This document shows positions 39,497 through 52,074 of a stretch of DNA of 64,000 bases, in pieces. The DNA is taken from positions 27,218,001 through 27,282,000 of the forward strand of contig NC_043021.1 of NCBI RefSeq assembly GCF_006345805.1, given 5' to 3'. The first letter of the stretch is position 1, and each line of letters opens with the position of its first letter. Below the pieces are notes generated by a model. It was not told the origin of the DNA, made no database searches, and saw nothing but the letters and a program-made list of their open reading frames with translations. Position numbers and translations under genes: made by a program. This DNA comes from Octopus sinensis. Its lineage: Eukaryota.

Positions 39497-39610
39497 ATAT
39501 GGCAAGTGCTGTGGAGGAGAGTCAAGAAAACCCTTTCAGTCAAGATTTAGATGAATCCTTATACATTGATGACCCTAAAAAATGTTTAAAGAACTACTTT
39601 GATCGAGAAG
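39497..39610 (+). CDS. SLC4A1AP: Kanadaptin exon 3
   Basis: TTTCAG acceptor; DMASAVEESQENPF...YIDDPKKCLKNYFDREG; GTATGT donor; 114 nt, phase 1-1. Confidence 0.93.
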
Positions 39611-39914
39611 GTATGTTGCTTACTTTGTTCATTTAAATGATTTTGTTTTATGTATAAAAGTTAAAAAAATAAATGTGCCCTTTTTTTTTTTTGTAAAGCC
39701 TAGCCAGTTGGATGGGACACCAGTCCATTGCAGCATTACTCCTTTTTGCCAGCTGATTGGACTGGAGCAATGTGAAATGAAGTGTTTTGCTCAAGAACAC
39801 GATGCGTCACCCGGTCCAGGAATCGAAACCACAATCTTACGATCATGATGCTGGCACCCTAACCACTAAGCCATGCGCCTCCACTTGTTTATATGTATAT
39901 ATATATATATACAT

Positions 39915-41646
39915 ATATATCTGTGCATGAGAAGACCCGGCAAGACTAGTCAGGCCATAACCCGTGGCCCCGACCTGGGACGTAGTCAGTCCTGTGCATA
40001 CCTTCCTTCTTGTGACACTTATGAAGACCTGTTGAGGCAAGTGAAAATCAAATCAAATCAAAACAAATCAAAATAGATGAACATCAGTGGAATTGTATTC
40101 TTTGTGGTACCAGTGCCGGTGGCACACAAGAAAACCACCCAAACGTGGCCGTAACCAGTACCGCATCGACTGGCCTCCGTGCTGTGGGCACAACAAACAC
40201 CATCCGATCGTGGCCGTTCGCCAGCCTCATCTGGCACCTGTGCCGGTGGCACATAAAGACACCATCCGAAGACCCGGCGACGTAGTCAGTCCACCTGTGC
40301 ATACCTTCCCTCTTATGACACTTGTGAAGACCTGTTGAGGCAAGTGTGTGACACTTGTGAAGACCTGTTGAGGCAAGTGAAAATCAAACCAAATCAAAAT
40401 AGATGAATATCAATGGAATTTGTATCTTTGTGGTTCCAGTAACGGTGGCACACAAGAAAACCATCCGAAGTGGCCGTAGCTGGTACCGCATCGACTGGCC
40501 TCCGTGCTGTGGGCACAACAAACACCATCTGATCGTGGCCGTTCGCCAGCCTCACCTGGCACCTGTGTCGGTGGCACATAAAAACACATCCAAAGACCCG
40601 GCGACGTAGTCAGTCCACCTGTGCATACCTTCCCTCTTATGACACTTGTGAAGACCTGTTGAGGCAGAGGCAAGTGTGTGACACTTGTGAAGACCTGTTG
40701 AGGCAGAGGCAAGTGTGTGACACTTGTGGAGACCTGTTGAGGCAGTGTGTGACACGCGTGACACTTGTGAAGACCTGTTGAGGCAAGTGAAAATCAAACC
40801 AAATCAAAATAGATGAACATCAATGGAATTTGTATCTTTGTGGTTCCAGTACCGGTGGCACACAAGAAAACCATCCGATCGTGGCCGTTCGCCAGCCACA
40901 TCTGGCACCTGTGTCGGTGGCACATAAAGACACCATCCGAAGACCCGGCGACGTAGACAGTCCACCTGTGCATACCTTCCTTCTTGTGACACTTGTGAAG
41001 ACCTGTTGAGGCAAGTGACACTTGTGAAGACCTGTTGAGGCAAGTGAAAATCAAATCAAATCAAAACAAATCAAAATAGATGAGCATAAATGGAATTTGT
41101 ATCTTTGTGGTACCAGTGCCGGTGGCACACAAGAAAATCATCCGAACGTGGCCGTAGCCAGTACCGCATAGACTGGCCTCCGTGCTTTGGGGACGTAACA
41201 AACACCATCCGATCGTGGCCGTCCGCCAGCCTCATCTGGCACCTGTGTCGGTGGCACATAAAAACACCATCCGAGCGTGGCGTCTGCCAGCCTCGTCTGG
41301 CACCTGCCAGCCTCATCTGGCACCTGTGTGGCGGTGGCACATAAAAACACCATCCGAGCGTGGCCGTCTGCCAGCCTCGTCTGGCACCTGTGTCGGTGGC
41401 ACATAAAAACACCATCCGAGCGTGGCCGTTCGCCAGCCTCGTCTGGCACCTGTGTCGGTGGCACATAAAATCACCCACTACACTCTCGGAGTGGTTGGCG
41501 TTAGGAAGGGCATCCAGCTGTAGAAACACTGCCAGATCTGACTGGCCTGGTGCAGCCTTCGGGCTCCCCAGACCCCAGTTGAACCGTCCAACCCATGCTA
41601 GCATGGAAAACGGACGCTAAATGATGATGATGATGATGATGATGAT
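39915..41646 (+). mobile_element. RTE LINE 3' end with a tandemly expanded 3' UTR and (GAT)n tail
   Basis: Starts at the RTE ORF terminus (HEKTRQD*); units restart at GACGTAG(T/A)CAG near 39980, 40280, 40600 and 40950; ends CATGGAAAACGGACGCTAAAT(GAT)n. Confidence 0.8.
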
Positions 41647-42279
41647 CTGTAAAAATAATATGTGACAATTACTCGGTTGCCAAGATAAAACTCTGAGTAT
41701 TGGATGCCAAGGTGGAAATCCACACCACCATCTCTTCAATTATCTGGCCAGCTGAAAAACGCTATGAAAAAGACCGTTATACAAGGGGAAATTACTGTGT
41801 TATAGACCGCTAACTATACAAAAGCGCTAATTCAAAAGACCGCTAATTAAGATAAGGTTAAAAGTTCATAGTAAATGCGTAAGCGTGTCTGTTCATACGT
41901 ACACGTGCGCTTGCACACCCATGTGCGTATGCATACATCACTATGAAAACGTACACATCTTCACTCGCATCTTTCACCAAATATATATGCATATATACAG
42001 ACCCCCCCCACACACACACACAAACACTCGCACCGTTATCTTACCGTTTTTACCAAAATATATATATATATATATATTAATAGTAATGGCAAGACAACAA
42101 AAGAATGAAAGAGACTTCGGTATTCTGTAAATACAGGAATTTATCTGTAAATATAATATGTGACAATTATTGGGCTGCCATAATAAGACTCCGAGTTTTG
42201 GATGTTGGGGCGGAAACCTGCTCCGACATCTCGTCAGTTATCAAGGCAATCATACCACACAGCCACTCCTGTGCCTATA

Positions 42280-42327
<48 letters not shown>

Positions 42328-42479
42328 TATAAAAATTATAATTAAGAGTATCTAAAAGATACCACCATGCTAGAGATGGCAGCCAAAACTTGACTCTAAA
42401 ACCACATTAAATGTTCATAGAGCACCAGAAGAGAAGACAAAGAGACAAAATAAACTAGCAAAAAATTATTGGATAACTC

Positions 42480-43030
42480 CAGATCCCGGAGTTATCCAGT
42501 GTGAGATTAACAGCGGACATTGAAGCAATCCAGAGAAGATTCACTAAGAAGATCGTCTCTTTGCAACAGCTCAGCTACTGGGAAAGGTTGAAACAGCTAA
42601 GACTCTACTCTCTGGAGAGAAGACGGGAGAGGTATGCAGTAATATATATCTGGAAGATCCTGGAAGGAATTGTACCAAATTTTGGCATTGAAAGCTACAC
42701 CAATGCCAGAATGGGACGACACTGCATAGTGCCAAAGATCCCAGCAATGCCATCACGCTTCAGGACCAGCTTCTGCAACAGCCTGGGTTTCAAGGGCCCA
42801 CAGCTTTTTAATAGTCTCCCAAAGAGTCTGAGGAACTTGCACAAAGTAGATGTAGGGCTTTTTAAATTAAAGCTGGACCTCTTCCTGTCGAGAGTCCCAG
42901 ATGAACCTACCTCATGACAAGAGGTGCAAATGAGGGTAGCTATATCAAACTCCATTCTTCATCAAGTGCCACATATTAGAGGAGGCTCCTAGTAATAACA
43001 GTGTAGCGCAAAACGGCGGTGCATCAGCAT
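42480..43030 (+). mobile_element. CR1/L2-like LINE 3' fragment
   Basis: DIEAIQRRFTKKI..LSYWERLKQLRLYSLERRRERYAVIYIWKIL...GPQLFNSLP..LR. Confidence 0.8.
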
Positions 43031-43735
43031 GGCCACAGCTCTGAGCTGAAACTTAAAAAGGTTTTAGGGTTAGGGTTGTCATAAATAACAGTGACAAACA
43101 AAATAGAAGTTCTTGTTGACAAATAACAGCAGTAATTTTATTCAACTGAATACACATCATTGATTTGTTTAAATTACCAAAATACAAGAACTTTAGCATG
43201 AAATAACTTCGTAAATATAAGTTTTTCTCAAAAATGCTAAAAGATGTTTTATATGATACATTCTACCTGTGTCCAAAGTTTGAAAGTGCTTAGTTACAAA
43301 AAATTATTTTCTAAATCTGTAGGTTAAAAGGTAAAAATCTGAAAACGCTTGCCCAAGGTGCTGCACCAGTGGCCCCTAAACCCCTAAACCATGTGGTTGC
43401 TGTGTGAGCTTCTTTAACCATGCAGTCATATCTGTAGCCTTTTCTTTAAAGCATGCAGGGCATTACTTGAAAGGGATTTTACTACTGATTTTAGCATGTC
43501 AAGTAATTTGTAAGCTCCACTCACTGTCTTATCCTTTCTTTGTTCATATTTCTCTTTAATGTTGTCACAGAAAGAATCTTCCTCATCAATGTTATAAAAA
43601 TAACATTTTTTATGGACGCTTTTTTGAGCAAACCTGAAATCAACAAAGAGAGACAGAATGAAATTCTAGCAGTTTTTTTGTTTAGTATATTGTTTTTTAA
43701 AATTTTTTTGTGAATTTTTCTCTATTTCTTTCCAG

Positions 43736-43799
43736 GATATGATGCTCCAGAATATGAGACATCTGCCGAAGGAAGTGGAAAATTCAAATGTTGCTTAGA
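43736..43799 (+). CDS. SLC4A1AP: Kanadaptin exon 4
   Basis: TTTCCAG acceptor; GYDAPEYETSAEGSGKFKCCLE; GTTAGT donor; 64 nt, phases fit both neighbours. Confidence 0.85.
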
Positions 43800-46166
43800 G
43801 TTAGTATTATATTTGTATTTGAAATTGCCATTTACCTGCATTCATTCATTCATCATCATCATCATCGTCGTTTAATGTCTGCTTTCCATGCTGGCATGGG
43901 TTGGACGGTTTGACTGAGGGCTGGTGAGCCATAAGGCTGCACCAGGCTCCAGTCTGATCTGGCAAAGTTTCTACAGCTGGATGCCCTTCCTAACGCCAAC
44001 CACCCCATGAGTGTACTGGGTGCTTTAATGTGCCAATGGCACAAAGGCCAGTCAGGCAGTACTAACATCGACCAGGCTCAAATGGTGCTTTTTACATGCC
44101 CCCTGCACAGGAGCCAATCAGGCAATGCTGGCAGTGACCACACTCAAACGGTGCTTTTAATGTTCCACTGGCACGTGTGCCAGTCAGGTGGTACTGTCAT
44201 TGGCCATGACAATGATTTCACTTGCCTTAACAGATCTTCGCTAGTGGAGATCATTGCCCAATGTTTGAAGGGTACTCCTAAATGGGCTGGTTATGCAGCA
44301 CTTGCATAGGCCACGGTTACGGTCTCACTTGGCTTGCTGGGTCTTCTCAAGCACAGCATATCTCCATGGGTCTCAGTCACTTGTCAGGTCTCGATCTGTC
44401 CCTAGTCTTGTAGGGTCAGTTACTCAGTTTCTATGGCATATAAGTGATGAAGCTCTTAACGTTGCCCCTGAATGGGACATCAGTCTGTTGCAGGGTCACA
44501 CATTTACAACAGAATAGGTTTGGAGCAGCGTGAGATGAAATGTTTTGCTGAAGAGCACAATGCACTACCTGATCCAGGAATTGAAACCACAATCTTGCAA
44601 TTGTGAGTGCAACACTTTAACCACTGGGCCATGTGCCTTCACTACCTGCATTCATTACTTGTAAGCATATTGTGTTAAGTGGTTGGCATCAGGAAGGGCA
44701 TCCAGCCATGGAAATCATGCCTCAACAAACAGCTGCAGTCTGGACAGCTTCCTGCCAGCCAGGTTCATGTCCAACTGTCCACTGTCCATGCTGGCATGAC
44801 CATCACTGAGTATGTGAGCTGCTACAGGATGTCTGCCATTGAGGAGCCCAAAGCGGGGCAAAGGTCATGTGGTCTGGCAGTTCTGGTGGGGCTGTAGGGG
44901 ACAATTCTTGTCTGTCAGCGATATGAATACAAGTGCCTTTAGGCACCACACGTCCATTGGAGAAGTTCTCTCAAGGTAAATAACGCAGTATTCAGTGTTC
45001 TAACAAAAACATCCACATTAAGTTGGACATAGAGATTGCCCTTTGGTACTGATACTGCTTCCATTACTCTTTTACTTGTTTCAGTCATTTGACTGTAACC
45101 ATTCTGGAGCATTGCCTTTAGTCAAACAAATCGACCACCAGAACTTATTCTTTGTAAGCCTAGTACTTATTCTCTCAGTCTCTTTTGCCAAACCGCTAAG
45201 TTACAGGAACGTAAACACCAGCATCGGTTGTCGAGCGATGTTGGGGGGACAAACACAGACACACAAACGTGTACACACACACACACACACTCTAACACAC
45301 ACACACACTCACACACACACACACACACACACACATAAATATATATATATATATATATTTGGCTTCCTTCACTTTCTGTCAACCAAATCCACTCACATGG
45401 CTTTGGTCGGCCCGAGGCTATAGTAGAAGACAGTTGCCCAAGGTGCCGTGCAGTGGGACTGAACCCAGAACCATGTTGGTTGGTAAGCAAGCTACTTACC
45501 ACACAGCCACTCTTGCACCTACTATTATTTAGTTTTTAGCAAGCATGCTAGCTATTAGTGACATCAGTGCCTGAAAAGACACTGAAATCTTATATATTGA
45601 GACAGTGAGATTCAGCTGTTCTGTCACTACTGGGCGTCTGCCACTGAGAAGCCCAAAGTTGGCATTATATGATCTGGCAGTTCTGGCAGCTGTAGCTGTA
45701 GTTTCTTGTCTGCCAATGATATAGATATGAGTGCTTGTATGCACCACACGTCCATATCAGAGTTCCTCCCAAAGTAAACAACAAGATATTCAGTGTTCTC
45801 ACAAAAACGTCTGCATTCAATAACTGCTCCATCTTCAGTGTGTCTATTTCATTTCTTTTCCACTTTCATCATGGCTGTTCCAACCCTTGTGTTTCACTCC
45901 AGTGTAACTTCTGCCCTCTTGTGTAACTATACTCCCCCCATGGCTCACCATCGTGATTACATTACTTCCTGTAACCATTCCACCCTCAGAGTAAGCATTC
46001 CAGCCCTGGTGTGATCATTTCACTCCTACTTTGATGATTCTGCCCCACTTTCAGTTTAGTTATTCGAACATTCATCATGATTCCATCCCGTCTGAACCTC
46101 ATCTGTTACATCCAGCATGAAGAATCTGCATTGATTGAATTTAATGTTGTCTCCTCTTTGCATCAG

Positions 46167-46309
46167 GCTTCCCATAGACGATGCCAGTGGACGTCCAATC
46201 ATAGCTGAAGCTACTGTGTCGGGTAAGAAGAAAGAATCTGTCGAAGCCTGTGCCCTTGAGGCCTGTCGCATCCTTGACCGACATGGAGTGCTGAGGGCTG
46301 CCACTCATG
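46167..46309 (+). CDS. SLC4A1AP: Kanadaptin exon 5 (dsRBM-like region)
   Basis: [43 protein letters not shown]; CATCAG acceptor, GTAAAT donor; 143 nt. Confidence 0.93.
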
Positions 46310-46515
46310 GTAAATATATGGGTTTTTATTTCTTTCTTCATCATCACCACCATCATCTTTGTTTTACTGTCCACTTGTCTATGCTCAAATGGGTCAGACG
46401 GAATTTGTTGAGGTGGATTTTCTGCAGAAGGATGCACTTCCTGTCACCAACTCTCACCTGTTTCCCAGCAAGGTAATATTTTTCCCCATATCCTTAAAGT
46501 CAGAACTTTTAAGCA

Positions 46516-46559
<44 letters not shown>

Positions 46560-46659
46560 GTAACAGAAAAGAGGAATTTCGATTATCCCCACGTGGTGTG
46601 TTGTAATGTATATAAGAAATTAAAAATGGAAAATACGCACACTTACATAGTTTTAATAT

Positions 46660-49252
46660 GATTTTTAATATATCGACCGGTTTTGCTATCGCTATTCATA
46701 ATATTATGTTTTACTTATTTGAATATATATTTTTTCTTAAGAAGAAATTTGGTCCATGTTGTGTGTGATGAGATCCACGAGTGAATGACTTCATAAGTAG
46801 ATAGATAAAGGGAGGTAATTGGTTGTCATTATTGTTATTGTTGTGGGTAAGGGAGATAACTGTTCAGCTTTCAGTAATAGGGAAATATATATGTGTACAG
46901 ACAGAGACAAGTTTCAAAAACCTTGTTTAGTTGGGGATTTATGTACAGTGATGTAATCGTGAATTGAAATATGTAAAAAAGATAAAAGTTGGTTGTGCAT
47001 GCATATTAAGACGTGTTTTGTATTTTTCAATGAAAAAAGTTTCTTTATTTAAACGTTCTAGTTGAGAGATTGCGTCTTTGCACTGGTAGAAAGGGAAGAC
47101 TGTGAAATTTGGTTTGATGCTATCTGCACATTTTTCTATATGTTCACTGAGAGGAATTTGTTTGTATTGCGGGAAACGGATTTGCTCTTTATGTAGAGTG
47201 GTTCTCTTTCTCAAGGTCATACTTGTTTGTCCAATACAGCGGTGTCCGCAACCTGAGCAGGTTATTACATAAATCAAGTTCTCAGAGGCACAAGTGAAAC
47301 TAGTTTTAATTGTAAACCTCTGTCCTTGTTTGAAAAGGAAGTCCGATCCTTCAAGCAGGTTGGGGTAGGTTCCACAGTTCGGGTGTCCACATTTTTCAAC
47401 CGTTGGTTTCGTGGTTGTTTTGTAAAGCTTCGCGTGTGTTAGTAGTCTCTTTAGCGATTTGTCTTGTTTTTTGCATTTGATGAGTTTGTGTGTTTTCAGG
47501 ATGTCGTTCAATTTTGGATCTCTAGTTAGTAAAGGGAGAGTTTGCACAATAGTGTTGTATGCCTCACTGTTTCTGGGGTTGTGTGTTGATATAAATAGTA
47601 ATGTTTTGAGTTGAGGTGCGTTGTTATGTTTTGTTGTTCTTAGTGTTTTTGTGTCTAATTGTTTGGTACGTTTAATTCCCTCGTCGATAAGTGAGGGTGG
47701 ATATTGTCTTTCAATAAGTGTTGTTTTGAGGTCTTGAAGACGAAGGTCCCGAGTTGTTCTATCAGACACTATTGTGCAGATCCTTTTTGTTAAGTTAAAA
47801 GGGATGTTTATTTTTATGTGTTTCGGGTGGCATGAGTTAAAGAGAAGATATTGTTTTGAATCAGTTGGTTTATAATAAATGTCAGTTATGATTTCATTGT
47901 TGACTTTTTTTATCATGATGTCTAAAAATGGGAGTTTTTCTTTGTTATATTCCATTGTGAATTGAATGTTACTATTTATGTCATTTAGTGTTGTTTTGTA
48001 ATCCAAAAGTTTGTCGATGTTCTTCTTCCAGCTGATAAAGCAGTCATCCAGGTATCGCTTCCAATTTTCTCTTATCTAGAGGTAAAATGGCTAACCATAT
48101 TTCTGGAGTGATACTTCATATAAGGTGAATTCAAAATAACCCAGTATTAGGTTCGCAAGAACAGGAGCTGCTTTCGTCCCCATCGCAATTCCGCAATTTC
48201 TGACGATAGTATGTGTCATCAAATAGGAAATAATTGTTCTGAAGTATAAATTTTAAGGATTCAATAATAAAGATCCGGTTTATGCGTTCCGGGAGAGCTT
48301 TGGGGTAATTTTCCAACCAGAATTTAATTGCTTTTATTCCATAGTCATGGCGGATGTTGGTGTAAAAATTGATAACGTCGAGGGTGACCAATATTGCCTC
48401 TTCATTAATCGTTTTTGGTAGGTGTTCTAGCATGTCTAAATCATCCCTAATGAAGCTTTTGATGTATTTCAGTAGGATGTCTAGAAAATTGCTCAGTCGG
48501 TGGGTTTCACAGGCCGGCCCAGCTACAATGGATCTTAAAGTCAAGTCTTCTGGCGTTTGGATGTTTATATATTTGCCTGGAGATTGTTTGCAGGCTTCAT
48601 TGATTATCTTGTTCTTGTGTATTTTAGGGAGGCCGTAAAAAAGACTGGGTTTACATTTGAAGTTTGTGATACAGTCTGTTTCTTTTTCTGTCAGGCCTTT
48701 TCCATGCAGAAGAATTAAGGATGCAAGATTTTTCATGGTTTTTTGTTGTCTATAGTTTATCACTTTTTCGTAGAAGGCCTTGTTTTCTAGTAGGGATAGT
48801 ACTAGTTTTTTATAGTGTTCTGTGTCCATCAGGACTACAGCACTTCCTTTGTCAGCTTCTTTAATTGTCAGGTCTGTGTCGTTTTTTAGTTCAATCAGAT
48901 TTTTCCATTCTAGATTGTTGAGGTTCGGATTAATTTTTCGTTTATTGGATGTGTAGGCAAAATTTTGGATATGGTTGCAGTAGTCATCCAGTGTTTTATT
49001 CCTACCCTTATGTGGAAGGTAATTACTTCTGTTTTTGACCAGTGATTCATCTTCGTTGTCGTAGTCAGTGCTTCTGCGAGTCGTAGTTTTCTGCAGAATT
49101 CCGAAATATTGTCTTTAATTTCATTGTGGTTAGCTCTTTGTGGGGTTGGGGTGAACTTTAAACCTTTGGCTCGTATATTGATTTTTGTTATGGATAGAGT
49201 TTTCTTTGATAAGTTAATCACTTTGGGTTTCTCCTGTATGTTTTGTTCCAAC

Positions 49253-49254
<2 letters not shown>
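46660..49254 (-). mobile_element. Penelope-like element (RT plus GIY-YIG endonuclease), frameshifted
   Basis: KGLKFTPTP; FYGLPKIHK; LVTLDV..FYTNI; KRYLDDCFI; LPFLDI; YYKPTD; SCHPKH; C-terminal LIYVITCSGCGHRCIGQT..LRKR (GIY-YIG-like). Confidence 0.9.
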
Positions 49255-49299
<45 letters not shown>

Positions 49300-50169
49300 A
49301 GGTGACTTTCGAGTGCTACTCGTAACATGTAACCCAGTACAACCTGTTGCATGGTCGGGTCGTCGGCGATTAAACCGGCAACCCCACCAAGCTTGCTTGG
49401 TGAGGAGGGTGTTTATTGGACACCCTGCAGGATGAAAAACAAAACCCGTCAAAGGGCGGAGGAACTCTTGAGAGTCAACGGCCATCCAATAAATGCCTTA
49501 AGGCTTTATCATGTTCGGGGACATAGAAATAATCGGACTGAATACCCGATCGTGCGGTTAAACCATTGGGAGTGAAGGACTCCTAGCCTTTGTTAGGGCA
49601 CCCTTCTAAGAGAAGGTAACTCAGGTAACTGGGATAACTCCGACATAAAACCTGCGGCTCAGTGGTTACCGATGATGTTGACTTGTTCTTCTTTTCGGAT
49701 TATGGCTGCTGTTGCTTAGTGAGTGGGATTGACTCAGTGCACAGCCTTTCCTCACTTAAAAAAAATCTTCTTGCACAGGCGTTGCATGATAACAACATTG
49801 ATTAAGCTTCGTGCAATGGCCATACTCGATAACGAGGGGGCAGCCACCATATATATGTATATATATGTTTATATACTTATTTTTATTTTCCTAAAATGAC
49901 TCTCCTCAGACACAACAGAATATGCTTCAACACACAAACTCATAAAGAATCTTGCAAACCAAATCCCAAAACGAAATATATATATCATCATCATCATCAT
50001 CGTTTAGCGTCCGCTTTCCGTGCTAGCATGGGTTGGACGGGTCAACTGGGGTCTGTGAAGCTGGAAGGCTTCATCAGGCCCAGTCAGATCTGGCAGTGTT
50101 TCTACGGCTGGATGCCCTTCCTAACGCCAAAATATATATTGTATACAATATATATTGTATATATACACA

Positions 50170-50372
50170 TGAGGAGGTGCTGAAAAGTTCCTGGTTTTGG
50201 GTAAGAGAAAATACAGGAGGGTCAGTTAATTATGATTTTATTCAACATGTTCCTCTCTCAGATTCACATACTTCAGTTTTTTCTGAACCCTGTAAAATAA
50301 CTCAGAACGTTGGGTTTCCAACTACGCTTTTCGCGATCCCCGTAATGCCAGGGACTTTTCAGTACCCCCTGG
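50170..50372. mobile_element. Tc1/mariner-type MITE
   Basis: TIRs TGAGGAGGTGCTGAAAAGTTCCTGG / CCAGGGACTTTTCAGTACCCCCTGG; TA follows the right end. Confidence 0.65.
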
Positions 50373-51249
50373 TATATATGCACACACACACAGATACACA
50401 CACATCGAGGTACATATGCATTTACAGACATGTTTATATCAGCATGAAGTGAAGGTGGCCAGCTAGTGGAATTGTTGGTACAGTGGACAAAACGCTTAGT
50501 ATCACTTCATCTAACTTTATATTCTGAGTTCAAATTCCACCAAAGTCGACTTTACCTTTCATTCTTTTGGAGTCAATAAAATAAATACCAGTTGTTCCCT
50601 GGGGTCGGCGAGATTGACTTACTCTCTCCTCCAAAATTGCTGGCCTTGTGCCAAAATGTAAAACCTGTATCAGCATATGGTTGTGTAATCAGTCCATTCA
50701 AATAAGCAATCCTCGCCTGAGTTACCTCCCCTGACAATAATGTTCACTTTGCGTTTTGGTGTCTGAACAAGAACAATAAAAATGACACCAAAGTGCTAAA
50801 AGTCCATTGGGGGCAGTGCTCCAGCAGGGCTGCAGACTAATGGCTAAAAGTTATTAAAACAAGGGGATGGGGTTTTGATTAAGGTTAAGGGATCCATATT
50901 TATTGTACTTTGCTCCAGGTCACTGTGTAGTCAGGAAGATGTACCTCAAATTGTTGTGGTACGTAAGTTAGACTGGAAGCTTATCTTCAGGTACCGACTG
51001 GAATCTACCATTTTTTATAACACCAGAGAAACTGGTGCTCAGAGCTGGTCGACCTCTGACGGACACATTTAGGTTGTATTCTTCAACAATAGGTATAAGG
51101 TTCATGGTTAGGATGGGTAGATCTCAGTATTTGACTTATCTTGTTTTTTTATAAACTTAGAAAAAAGATGAAAGGCATCATTGGCCATGGTAGGATTTGA
51201 ACTCAGAACATAAAAGGCTGGGCATATTACAGGCGCATAATTAAAAAGA

Positions 51250-51635
51250 GACTTTGATGTTTACTACCTGGGGTAGAGTCAAAGTGATGTTTACTACATG
51301 GAATAGTATCAGTGTAGTGTTTACTGTTTAGAATCGATATTTACTATCTGGAGTAGAGTCAAAGTAATGTTTAGTATATGGAACAGAATCAGTATAATGT
51401 TTACTATTGAGAAACGATGTTTACTATCTGGGGTAAAGTCAAAATGATGTTTACTGTTTGTGGTATTGTCAGTGTGATGTTTACTATCTGGAGTAAAATG
51501 AATGTGATGTTTACTGTCCGGGGTTGAGTCAGTATGATATAGGTCTTTGATGTTTACTATTCATGATACGCCTATGATGTTTACTGTGTGCGATATGTTT
51601 ACTATCTGTGGTAAATGTCTGTTCTGTTTACTATG
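51250..51635. repeat. About 30-bp minisatellite (core GATGTTTACTA)
   Basis: Around 14 degenerate units with 12 exact TGTTTAC cores counted. Confidence 0.85.
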
Positions 51636-51762
51636 TATTCAATGCTATAATTATTCTGCCTGTTCTTGCTAAGCCAGTCTCATGGTAATTTTAGAGATAA
51701 TTTTAGGAAGCATATTGTTGTACTTGGGGATGGTCAGATTTTGCCAGTTCACACACACACAT

Positions 51763-51796
<34 letters not shown>

Positions 51797-51848
51797 CCAA
51801 CCAAACCATGCTAGCATGGAAAGCGGACGTTAAATGATGATGATAATG

Positions 51849-51899
<51 letters not shown>

Positions 51900-52074
51900 A
51901 TCATCATCCTCATACATCCGTTTTCCATGCTAGCATGGGTTGGATGGTTTGACTGGGTTCTGGGAAGCCAGGAGGTTGCACCAGGCCCCAATCTGATCAG
52001 ACAGTGTTTCTACAGCTGGGTGCCCTTCCTAATGCCGACCACTCTGAATATATCACAAACAAAATTTTTTTACT

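Noticed and set aside
39716-39882. tRNA-like sequence with A and B boxes
   Set aside because: SINE head without a complete cloverleaf, followed by SINE body; not a tRNA gene.
40050-41470. CRISPR-like array of palindromic GTGCC-NNN-GGCAC repeats
   Set aside because: Eukaryotic context, the spacers are themselves homologous, there are no cas genes, and the array is part of an RTE 3' UTR.
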